The position numbers and the translations under genes are program-made. Of a stretch of 64,000 nt of DNA, positions 12,258 through 24,209 are shown piece by piece (within the stretch, counting starts at the first letter, position 1; every line of letters starts with the position of its first letter). The stretch is from Chrysomallon squamiferum. Lineage: Eukaryota > Animalia > Mollusca. The stretch lies in contig CM022673.1 of assembly GCA_012295275.1 (NCBI GenBank), forward strand, positions 25,978,001 through 26,042,000, in the 5' to 3' direction. Below the pieces are notes generated by a model that worked only from the letters and a program-made list of their open reading frames with translations, was not told the origin of the DNA and ran no database searches.

Positions 12258-12442
12258 GTAATATTACAAAGTGACCAGTTTGTGTATAAATATATATAGA
12301 TGTGTATATATTATATATACTTCACATGTAATTGTGTTCTCAATGTGTACTGTTTTAATATGATTATATTTAGCTAAGCACACTGTAGTGTTGCCAGGCT
12401 GGGTAAGCTTTGGAGTTTAGGGATCAACATGTGACAATTATA

Positions 12443-13999
12443 ATGGAAGTTGCAATGGCAGGATTAGAGGGCAATGGGGGTCCAGCTGGTTATGGCATGT
12501 CTCAAAGACCACATATTACACGTACTAATGTTCCAAATTCCAGGTCGTTCCCAAAGATCAGCACAGATACTGGAGGAGAGGGATTTGGCACAACTATCCA
12601 AGCAGGAGGCGACTATGAATGTTGCGAAAGGGTAGTGATCAACGTTAGTGGTCTACGGTTTGAAACCCAAATCAAGACACTGAACCAGTTTCCAGATACC
12701 TTGCTCGGAAATCCTCATAAACGGAACAGATATTATGATCCTCTAAGGAATGAGTACTTTTTTGACAGAAACCGGCCAAGTTTTGATGCAATTCTTTACT
12801 TTTATCAGAGTGGAGGAAGGTTGAGAAGACCAGTGAATGTACCACTTGATGTTTTTTCTGAAGAAATTAAATTTTACGAACTTGGTGAAGAGACATTTGA
12901 AAAATACAGAGATGATGAAGGTTACATCAAAGAGGAAGAAAAACCGCTTCCACAAAATGAATTTCAGAGGAGAGTTTGGTTGTTGTTTGAATATCCAGAA
13001 AGTTCAACTGCTGCCCGTTTGATTGCGATATTTTCTGTACTCATAATTCTTCTCTCCATTGTGATATTTTGTTTGGAGACATTACCAGAATTCAAACATT
13101 ACAGAGTTGTTAACGGCACAAGAAATGAAAGTTCTTCAGGAACAACACAGCCATCAATTGAGGAAGATGATATTCCAAAATTCAATGAGCCTTTTTTCAT
13201 TATTGAAACGTGTTGCATAATATGGTTCACTTTTGAACTGTTGGTCCGATTTGCATCATGTCCAGAAAAGTTAGGATTTTTCAAAAATATCATGAATACG
13301 ATAGACATAGTAGCTATCATTCCATATTTTATCACTCTTGGAACTGTGATTGCAGATGAAAGTAAGAGCAATAGTCAGGCAATGTCGTTGGCTATTTTGA
13401 GAGTGATAAGGCTTGTACGTGTTTTTAGAATTTTCAAGTTATCCAGACATTCAAAAGGACTTCAGATTTTAGGTCAGACTTTGAAAGCTAGTATGAGAGA
13501 GCTTGGACTCTTGATATTTTTCTTATTCATAGGAGTTATATTGTTTTCCAGTGCTGTTTATTTTGCAGAGGCTGATGCAGAACAGTCACATTTTAAAAGT
13601 ATTCCTGATGCATTTTGGTGGGCTGTGGTCACTATGACAACTGTTGGATATGGAGATATGAGACCGATTGGTGTTTGGGGTAAACTTGTTGGATCCTTGT
13701 GTGCAATTGCTGGTGTTCTGACGATAGCTTTGCCTGTGCCAGTTATCGTATCAAATTTTAATTATTTCTATCATAGAGAAACAGAAAATGATGACAAAGG
13801 TATTTACAATCATGTACAATCATGTCCAAATTTTCCACCGAAAAAGGACTCCCTTGTTGATGATTCTGAGTGTGGTTCTGACATTATGGAGATGGAAGAA
13901 GGACACAGTTTAACATTAAATGACAAAACAAAAGAAAATCACACATGCAAGTTGAATAACCCATCTAGTAACAGTCTGAGTATTGAGACTGATGTATGA
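12443..13999 (+). CDS. Kv1: Voltage-gated K+ channel, Shaker/Kv1 subfamily, 518 aa in a single coding exon; likely orthologue of Aplysia AKv1.1a
   Basis: MEVAMAG N-terminal inactivation peptide, T1 domain ([14 protein letters not shown]...), S1-S6, S4 [23 protein letters not shown] filter (13640-13657), PVP hinge and C-terminal PDZ ligand ETDV. The start is the first in-frame ATG at 12443, not the TTG at 12410. Confidence 0.98.
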   Translation: MEVAMAGLEGNGGPAGYGMSQRPHITRTNVPNSRSFPKISTDTGGEGFGTTIQAGGDYECCERVVINVSGLRFETQIKTLNQFPDTLLGNPHKRNRYYDPLRNEYFFDRNRPSFDAILYFYQSGGRLRRPVNVPLDVFSEEIKFYELGEETFEKYRDDEGYIKEEEKPLPQNEFQRRVWLLFEYPESSTAARLIAIFSVLIILLSIVIFCLETLPEFKHYRVVNGTRNESSSGTTQPSIEEDDIPKFNEPFFIIETCCIIWFTFELLVRFASCPEKLGFFKNIMNTIDIVAIIPYFITLGTVIADESKSNSQAMSLAILRVIRLVRVFRIFKLSRHSKGLQILGQTLKASMRELGLLIFFLFIGVILFSSAVYFAEADAEQSHFKSIPDAFWWAVVTMTTVGYGDMRPIGVWGKLVGSLCAIAGVLTIALPVPVIVSNFNYFYHRETENDDKGIYNHVQSCPNFPPKKDSLVDDSECGSDIMEMEEGHSLTLNDKTKENHTCKLNNPSSNSLSIETDV

Positions 14000-14284
14000 T
14001 ACCAAAACAATCAGCTGTTTCCTTATTGACTGGAGTGTTTAAAAAAATAATATTGCAAACTGTAACTGCATGAAAAGTAATCTCTGTGTCTTGCCATTAT
14101 GCCAGCACAGTTGGTTGGCATCTGTGTGATTCCTGTCCAAAGACGAAGGAGTTGAGTATAATAAAGATACTTGTTTCTTCAATCATAATTCAACATTTAA
14201 TTTTTTTTTTTTTTTTTTTTTTTTTGTTATGCCCAAATGAAGACACCAAGGTCACTAAGGATGAGATGAAGCATTCTGGTCTTT

Positions 14285-14290
14285 AATAAA
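14285..14290 (+). terminator. First AATAAA poly(A) signal downstream of the Kv1 stop
   Basis: AATAAA 286 nt after the stop, followed by GT/T-rich sequence. Usage is not shown. Confidence 0.35.
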
Positions 14291-14822
14291 GACCATGTGG
14301 CTCTGTTGAATTTTCACATTTAGTAATAGAAGAAAACTTAGAAAAAAAAAAGGTTGCCAAAGATTCGTCACGTCTCACTGGAACAATTTACCATTACCCA
14401 CTGCAAAAACCTAGAGGACGCTGTCAGTTTAAAATCGATGAACCTATCCAATTCAATCATGATTTTAAATTTTTCAAGACCTCTGGATTGTACCTTAAAA
14501 AAAAACGTGCATGTTTGGTCACATGAGAAAATGCTCAAAGAACCTGAAAAATAATACAAAGTGTGATCATTCATGATAATATCTTTTTAAAGTCAATCTA
14601 CCCTGGAGTGTGATCCAGCTGTGTTTGTGTGTGAATGTTTGTCTTTCCTGGGATGTTTCTGAGACCGTTGACAACTAAGAATCTTGGAGGTGAAAAGGAA
14701 GATATTGATAATGGTAAGTATTTCGTTTACTTTCAATATGATTTTACCATTAAATATCTTGGCCTTCCTCAGCATAAACACACCCATAATAATACTGTAA
14801 TTAAGATATTCAGTGTATGACA

Positions 14823-14863
<41 letters not shown>

Positions 14864-14881
14864 AGTATGCATGTGTATATA

Positions 14882-14940
<59 letters not shown>

Positions 14941-15268
14941 GTATATGTATATGTATATAATATATTGAATATTAATAATCCAGGCAACCAATATATAGTG
15001 AAGAAATCAAAGATATAAATTATTTTTAATGATAAATAAATACTGAAATAATGTTGTTTTCACAAGTCATTTGTTTTAGGTAATAACCTGAACATAATTT
15101 TACGGTTGTTTTGTGTGACATTAAATCAAACTGTATTTTGAACTGTGACTGTCAATTATCAAATTTGCTAAGTATTTGAAAATTACCTGGCTTTCATTCA
15201 ATCAAATTATACTGAATTGTACGTGTGTGTGTGTGTGTGTGGATATGAATGTACATAGCACATGTTAC

Positions 15269-16086
15269 TTTACTAATGATTATTAAATGATGAAAAAAAT
15301 ATATAATTGCATTAACACATGTATACATATGCATATGCAATCATATAGTATATGCATATTAAACTGAACAACAAATAAGACTATAAAGGATAATATAAAA
15401 GGTTTCCTTAATTATTTTAAGAAGTATAATAAAAATATTGAATACAAACAGTGGCAAACAATCAAATGGATTACTCTAAGTGGAAATGGAAAAGCAACAA
15501 AAAGGCAATTATCTGCGTAAAACCTGTTATGTTTGTTTTTTAGTATCTTTAGCTTTAACATATCAAAGGAATTTTCAAAAATGTAATGAGTAGAAATATG
15601 TAGAATGACCTATTTCCAAAACATTCTTCAGAAATAATTTCAAAAAATGTATTCTGTTGAATTATGTTGCTGAAAGAAGTAGCTTATTTTATTAGCTATG
15701 TTTTATCTCAAACATTAAGTATCTCTGTGTTGCTCAAAAATTTCATAGCTGTATTTTAATTTAACCAAAAATAGTATTGTAATTGTTAATATCATTCAGT
15801 GTTTTATTTTTATTTAGGCTACATTTAAACGTTCTAAAGTTTAATAATTTGCAAATACATTATGGCAAAGATAAATGTTTAAAAAGGAAAAATGAAACTG
15901 AAAATATTTTTTAAATTACAATTGATTTCAGACTTCTTGTATCCATGACACTAGGAACATAATTAAATATGGCAGGGGTAATGAAACTAACTCTCAAAAT
16001 GAAAAGAGGAATAGTATGTTTTTATTTTTGATTATTATTTTTTGTGTTCTAATATTTAGAATTATTTTATACAATTTTTTTTGTTA

Positions 16087-16154
<68 letters not shown>

Positions 16155-17209
16155 TTTTTTTTTAGTTAAAAAATTGTTTTTTTTTTTTAATACTTTTTGT
16201 TTTATAAAATTAATGTAATAGACAGTGAATACAATTTTGTTCAGTTTAAATTAAAGCAAAATAAAAAAAAAAAAAAAACAACACTTTCACATATGAATGT
16301 GATGATGTAAATAAAGATAAAACTGATCATTTTTCACAGACATTGAAAAGAAAAATTTGACCATTATAGAACATTTTTCAATAAAGTTTCATGTACAGAA
16401 TTAAAATGCTAAGCCATGTTCTTTTATCATCTGCAGAGTACAGTGTGTCAGAATCAAATGTCTAAAAAATAGTTTGATCTTTGTGTTATCGCTTAATAAT
16501 AGAAAACTAATTACAACATTATCGATTTTCTCAATAGTTATGGACTTAGTTGAACTGCAGGGTAAACGATACTTAACTCTAAAATTAAATCAGATCTTTC
16601 TGTTTTAATCGTAAGATAGTCTGAAAAGAAAGCAATGCTTTAAATTTGTAATAGTTTACATGTTCTTAATGTTTAAATAAAGCTTCCATTTGTGTTTCTG
16701 GAATACTTTAAATACACTGACATTGTGTGTGTGTGTGTGTGTGTGTGTTTTAAGGAAAAATGATAAAACATCAATATTATGTGAAAATATCCAATCCAGT
16801 TGTAAGTACTATCTTGAGCAAAATGTTTTTACTGTTGCCACTATAGTAAGGAACACATACTGCTTCAGAAAACACATAGATGGCTTTGTCAACAAGTTAA
16901 ATGACAGCTCCTATATTTAGAAAGTTGTTTTGTACACAAATTCTTATTTTTCTCTTTAGTTTTTCTTCAAACTGTAATGCTTTCCTTTAAGAGAAAAAAT
17001 TGGAAATCAATAATTTGATTGTGTTTGTGCGTGTGTGTGTGTGTGTGTGTGTGAGAGATTTTTTAGGATTTCTGGTCCTTTTGATTACTACTAATACAAG
17101 TAGTAGAAAGTCACATCACACAATTATTGACAGTGAAATATTGAAGTGTTTATAGGAGATTGTTGTTGTATTATTTCTTATCCTCAGTTCTTCTGTGAAA
17201 AAAGATTTA

Positions 17210-17246
<37 letters not shown>

Positions 17247-17700
17247 CAGACATAAAAACACACACATATACACACATACATACATACATACACACACTCA
17301 CACACAAACACACACAAAGAATAAATAAAAGAATGTATATCACATTTGTTATTGTGCAAGCGATAAAAAAAAGTATCTAATACATCATTATTAAACTTGA
17401 GAATTGTGTTCAGATATCGCAGATAAACAAAGCAAAAATGAAGAACTTTGTTGAATTTTAAAACACATATAACTATGTGCATTTGAGAAATACATCAGTG
17501 TTCAGTTTGCAGGTTTTCCAGAAACTGTCCCTCTTACCACCCTGACTAGTGTTATTATTGGCAGTATTTGTTGTTATTGTTCCTCGTAATACATTTAGTA
17601 CATAATAATTTACTAATGATTATTAAATGATAAAAAAGATACTATAATTGCACGTACACATGTATACATATGCATTTACAATCATATAGTATATGCATAT
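15269..17700 (+). repeat. Dispersed ~90-bp direct repeat (15269-15360 and 17609-17700)
   Basis: TTTACTAATGATTATTAAATGA...ACACATGTATACATATGCAT...CAATCATATAGTATATGCATAT occurs twice with few mismatches. Confidence 0.85.
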
Positions 17701-19199
17701 ATTTTTTTTCAAAATTATTGCGTAATTCTGAGAGAGAAAAAAGTTGAATAAAGGCATAAAATTTATAAAATGAGATACCAATGTTATAAACTGGACTGAT
17801 TTATTCTTGAAATTCATCACTTATAAAAGACAGAATGAGCCATTTAAAGACGCATGTCAACACACTGATGTCTGGTTGAATAAATTAGTTTAATGGCAAG
17901 TTATTGTTGACAAAGACAGCTTCTAAAACTGCATCAAAAGACAACCAAATTTTTGGTGAGTCATGCAAATCTGGCTGGCATCAAGTCCTTGGACAGAAGA
18001 ATTCAGAATCAGAAGTGACCTCAGTCAGATAAAAGATTACCTCATGTTTGGCACAGATCATGATGATAATGAATTGATCAGTGGCTCATTTCAGAGTATC
18101 GGCTAACAAAATACCATTGTGAATTAGACTGTTAAGATAAAAACAACAATAAAAATTCACACAGACTGATGTTATCAGTGAACTGTGTTTCCCTGGGTGA
18201 TGAAATGGAAAATTAATAAAATGCAGTATGATTTCTCACATGTCAGTAATCATTGAATTTATCTTTAATTAAAACATTGTTTGTTTGTGGTTTTTTTTTT
18301 TTCGAAATTTATAACAGAATTCCACATGGATTAAAAATATGATTATAATATTGGTAAATTTAATTAAAGAAAGAAAGAAAGAAAGTAAAAAAAGAAGAAT
18401 GCACACAAAAATACAAAAATACAAAAATAAAACTTCAGGTGTACTAGCACATGGATAGAACCAGGCAGAACATAAAATTCTTAAGTACTGCTTTACCAGT
18501 CAGGCAGCTGGTTAACACGAGTAACTAAAAAAGTTTATTGATATAATTAATGTATTAGTAAAAATCAGCAGCCATTCTTGTTCTAGGCTATAAATAGCAT
18601 ATTTGTTATAGACATATTACGGGTTAGTTTACGAAAACTGAAAAAGTATATCAATACATGTTTATACACACATTAAATTTATTTTGTTTCTGTTTATATA
18701 TAGGTGTTACTATTCTTTCTTTTATATTCGTGTGATCATAAATCTTTCATAATGTTGGGATTTCTTGTTGTTTTTTTCATGGTTTCAGCCAGAAGGGCAT
18801 AAAATAACTGCAGACAGAAAAGAAAATTTCTAAAAGTATTTATTATTCTGTTTGTTAAACAGTAGGTATGTGTTGGTTAGTTGCACACATTTTTCCTTCA
18901 TAGTATCTACACATTATTTGGTTCAAATGTTCCTTTAATAAAAAAAATAGTTTTATTACTATAGAGGAGAAATAAAAAATATAACATTTGTATGTTAATA
19001 ATAACAGTTACTGGAAAGGACTAAATCCTTAAAAAATAGTAACATGGGTACAACCATTTGATAGGCACAATGAAAGCAGTTAAAACATTTTTCTTTTCTA
19101 TTTTTAATATTTTAAATTTAATTTTTTTTATTTATTTATTTATTTATTTATTATTTTTTAATTGTTATTACTTTATTTTTCATTTACTTTATTATTAAA

Positions 19200-19264
<65 letters not shown>

Positions 19265-22200
19265 CATTATTTTGCAGATAGAAGTGGATTTTGTTACTGT
19301 AAAAGTGTAGATTTTTCTTGCATGTAAATAGACCTAATAATGCTAGATTTGAACAAGAAAAGGTGTATTCTTATCAGCCAGCCAGAAAAACCTATGTCTG
19401 TATTTTACAGACAGAATTAAATCTGAATAAACATTTACCTTTAAATGTTTTTAAGCACCTGAGGCACTTAATATGTCAAATAAAGCAGTCTGATTTTGGC
19501 TTTTAGCTGTTCATCATTTTTATAATTTACCTTCTCAAAGTTTTCTTGATATGTTGGTGTGTCAAAATATTTGAATGTGTAATTTTGCTTTCATACTCAC
19601 ACCAATTTTTAAATTATGTCAGTAAAATATTTTATACAGCATTCCCCTTATTGGTAATCAGCAAATAAAATAAATATTTAATATCAAGGATTGTAAAAAA
19701 CTAACAACCCCAAAACCCCAACTATATCTGATAGTACATACACATACAAATATAGTTTATCAGAATGAATTTTTTTTTTAATTTTTCTAATATATTGAGC
19801 ACAATAAACAGCTATTTGAAAATGATATATTAACATTTTACTGCAATACACAGTGGAAAACTGCATTTGGAATAATGTCCTGTAATGCCTTTACAATATC
19901 TGAATCAAAAGTTCATGCCTGATGATTTTATTTTCAACAGCTAAACATTTTTCTCAGTTTTTAATCAGTTATAAAAGTTACAGTAACAGAGGGGATCGTT
20001 TTGGGTTTTTTCTTCAGCTGTTGAAAGTCAATAGATGTATAAATTCCATTTAAGTGAATTATTTGAATAAACATTTGATCCAGCCATTTCTAAAGTTTAT
20101 GATCATATCGATACCATTTCAGCATATATCTAAACACTTTCACCAGAAACTATGATTAGCATGTTATAGAACAGCATCTCCTGAATAAACCATACAAAGA
20201 ATTGCATAATTAAATTATTGGGAGAATGTCTGTGATATTCATCCTATAAAAGCACGGTGTTCTGGTGATTTTTTTTTAATTTGAAAATAACCTACTTTCA
20301 GTAATTAATAAGTATCCTGAGCTCATTGTTCATGTTATTTTTCTATTGTTCATTTTTACATTTTTGCCAGCTAAAAAAATGGCCATGCATTTGGTTTAAT
20401 GAATGATTAATTCATTTCGCTGCAGTTAATGAATTGGGACTGTATGCTAATCCGATTCAGTACACGTTGACCTTGACCAGATTGCAGTGGGATGGTAATT
20501 TCTGAGCACTGCCAGACTAATTTTCAATATAAACGCAACCCCAGCAGGCATCAACACATTTTAATTTTCATCTAAGTAAAGTTTACTGAAGCACTGCCTT
20601 TTACAAACTAACTTCATACATCATTAAATCAGTTTGTAAAGAGAATATACAGTTTTATTTAATCAGTTTCCAACAAGGTGTATTTATGTCCTGCCTTTAA
20701 AACTAAATTTACTAAATTTACAATGTAAAATGACAATATTAGAATTATTAATCAGTCATGACAATTTATAAATCATTTTTTTGCAGACACACACAAACAC
20801 ACACACACAGTTTTTGTTTAATAATTTAAACAGTTATCTAATGTCTTTAAAGAATGTGTTTAGCATGTCTTTATCTTTTGGTTTTTTTGTGGTATTCCCA
20901 TCAACATTTTCTAAGTCAGGTGTGTAGACATGTTTTTAATATGTTAGGATTAGCAAAGCTAAGCAATGCAACAGTAATCTGTGTTAGAGAAAACCAGAAA
21001 TTCATGAACACTTTATTAATATTAAGACATAATTCATTTTTAATCATAAAATAGAATTAAAATAACATTTTCATCGGTGTTCGAATTTTGTATTGACATG
21101 TGTTTACATTCTGTTTTCTCTTGTCATACACTACACACTCTTCAGATTTGGCCTAAATAACAAAAGTTTTTATTGTTATTGAACACTAAGGCACATTGTT
21201 ATTTCCTATTTTATTACACTGAATCTCTCCACAAATACACGCACATTATTAATTCTTTTGTGCTGTTACTGGACTCGCTACTAAATTAAAAAACAGAAAT
21301 ATCAGATGTTTGTCAAGCAGAAAGCAACAAGTGTGAAGGTTCTATTACAAAACTGTTAGACGACTGTGGTGAAACTGTTTAACATGTTTGGACATGACCA
21401 GAAAATCAGAACACCGAATCTGGAATATAAAAATGAAAGATACTGCTTGCTAAACCACTGTACATAAACATTTGTATTTATTCTGATTTATAGAATTGAT
21501 TGAAAGCAGAAAAGTTGTCTGCCGTATTTATCATGATACTTAAAACCTGGGATAAAATTGTGCTCCCAAACAATGCATTTCAGGTTGATCAAATAGTTTA
21601 TGCAACAGGTGGGATTAGGAAAATATCTGCTTTTTGCATTATTTGCAAATGAGTATAAAAATACATTTTAACAATAGATAAAATCTGGTTACAGAAAGTA
21701 ATTTGAAAACACAAAACACCATGATTTTATCATTTTACAGAGTAGTAAATTATTGTTAAAAAAAAAAAAAAAAAAAACCTGCCTCAGAATAAAATAACTT
21801 TATTATTTCTTCCTGCATACACAATGTCAAAGATATTTTCATTTTTTTTATAAAGAAAGAAAAATTACTGAAATAATTTTTTTCTGACAAAAAACAGACG
21901 GCATAATAAAATAAAAGAAATATCAGAATGTTTTTGCATTGATATTGGTATACAATTACAAAACTGAAAGCAGCAGCATTTAAAGATGTGGAGTAAATTT
22001 GTCACTCTTGCTTAGCTGTCTATTGATAGATAAGTACTTGATAGTTCTTGAAGAACTTCCGACACTCTGTCTTCTGTTTTCTCAGATGGCTTAGAATCTT
22101 CCTTCTCCTCCAGGAAAGTGTACTCAGTGTCAGATGCTGTGGAATTCAGAAACCACTTTGTGGAATGAAGATTTGATCCACGCACTTGACTGATCAATTG

Positions 22201-22594
22201 CAGCTATCTTCACTGTACTTTGACAGTGTCCTATAAAACCTTACTTGATGAAATTATGTCAACAAGACCACTTTCCGAAAATATTTGGTAAAATGTTGTA
22301 AATGGAAATGTATATATATAACAAAAATTGTAATATTACTGCAGCCTTTGGTGGCAACATTAAAAGAAATATTATTATTAAAAAGAAGCAAAAAACCCTT
22401 AAAAACAAAAAGTACTGAAGGAAATGGTTTGAAGTGAAATCTTTTAAAAAAACTGTACTAATAATTGGTATTTGGGTATATTCTATAAAAGCAAATTAGA
22501 GGGTAATTAAATGAATTCATTGAAGTATAATCTTTAAAAAGTGTTACAGATCAGATCACTGAAACTAATTAGCATTCACAAAATATACTTAGTC

Positions 22595-22636
<42 letters not shown>

Positions 22637-24178
22637 TAAATATAGAGCAACAAATATTGTGTGCATACTTTACAACATGTTTCAGATAATATGTTCATCA
22701 TCTTGCAACTTCTATCTCTTATACCTCTAATTATGTTCTTCAAATAAAAAAACAAGAAAAAAATTTGAATAATATATTACATTTTTTTGTTACACAACAG
22801 CCAGAAATTATTAGCAACATCACATTATGTACACAATAGCAGGAACTAAATTAGAAATTGTTTTGACAATGTTCATTAATTGGTCTTGTCATGTTTAAAT
22901 TTTGATTAATTCAGTAGCAAATCCAAAGGAGTCTTAAGAGTTTCAGATACTCTCTCTAAGTACTGATAAAAACTTTCTTATTGGTTGAATACAGTAAGAT
23001 GATAACACACCACTTGAACAATAAAAATTTTAATTACTAAATTTATGTCTTAAGCTGCCTGTATTGTTTGTGACAGTTCTTGACATAATTTCCAAATTTA
23101 TTGTCGTAACTGGTTTATTCATTTACTGCGTCCATGCATTTAGCACTTGTAATTAAATATTATACAAAAGTGGATATAATACAGTGTAATATGGACATTT
23201 AAGAAATAAATTGCCTGATTCTACATAATGTCATATAATATAATGTGGAGCTTTCTTTAATAAATCCAGTTAACTCAAACCTTCTTACAAATAATTAAGT
23301 CTTCATCTTTCACTTTTGCTGTTTTGTCATTTTCAAGCTAGCTATAGTTACAAAATAAATATATATATTCAGAAGTTAAACATTTTACATATACACAAAC
23401 TGACAAACAGAATAATTCTGAACACTTTAGCATTGTAAGACAGGTTTTTTGGAATAACTGTTTAATATTACATTATTATTATTATTATTTTATTAATGGT
23501 CATTACATGTTTTATTTTATTTTATTTTATTTTTATCTTTTTTGTTTTTCAGTTCACCCAGACCTTCAGTGAGTGTACCCTAGATACCAGCTTACAAGGT
23601 GACTCTAAATTGAAAGGAAATAACTCTTCAACACGTTGAATAACTGGCAACCTAAACAGCAGGACTAGGATAATCCTCGAAGACATCTTCTAAAGGACTT
23701 GATTGTGTTACTAAGAAAGAACTTAGCCATGTGACAGAGTAAACAGCTATTTATACCATGGTAATTTAAGAATGGCACTGTGATAATGAAAATAAAACTG
23801 CTGAAGCTTTCAGCAAGATAATAGATATAATGAAATCAGTGGTTGGGCTGGAATCACCAGAACTGGCTGGCAACAGGCAATATGGCTAAGAAGACGAGAT
23901 ACTGACAATGCATTTGTAAACCCAAAGACACTGATTAAATGTTTTTATGCAAATTTCTTTTTCTCTTCGTCATCTAAGACTCAGGGTGAATGTTTTACTG
24001 TATTACATAACATTGTTTGCACTTTGATGGAAATATGTGTATATGCAGGCAGCTGCGAGAGTTTTCTCCAGTTGTGGGCCTTCTATTGAGACTCTGCAAT
24101 AGATTTTCCTTTTCATGGAGTTCAAGTGTAGGTGTTAACCTCCAGATCCACAGTTCATACAAATTATGGAATGTGTTG

Positions 24179-24209
<31 letters not shown>

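Larger units (their letters stand above)
10950..12440. promoter_or_regulatory. CpG-rich bidirectional promoter region between SNRNP70 and Kv1
   Basis: CpG is visibly enriched relative to both flanks. Motifs: E-box TCACGTGA 11432-11439; YY1-type CGCCAT/ATGGCG at ~11073, 11090, 11463, 12238; full CRE TGACGTCA 12174-12181; TATAAA 12285-12290; TATATAAG 10951-10958. Confidence 0.65.

Noticed and set aside
12410-12442. ORF-track start at TTG adding [11 protein letters not shown]
   Set aside because: Non-ATG start in a eukaryote; homologues begin at MEVAM (12443).
12743-13371. Overlapping ORFs within Kv1 (12743-12955, 12837-13022, 13099-13371)
   Set aside because: Shadow frames of the channel CDS with no independent signals.
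22012-22197. Minus-strand ORF with faint gapless resemblance to the Kv T1-S1 linker (FLEEKEDSKP...RV), a possible inverted Kv relic or editing-complementary sequence
   Set aside because: Only about half the nucleotides match over 84 nt of purine-rich sequence, and the similarity does not extend either side.
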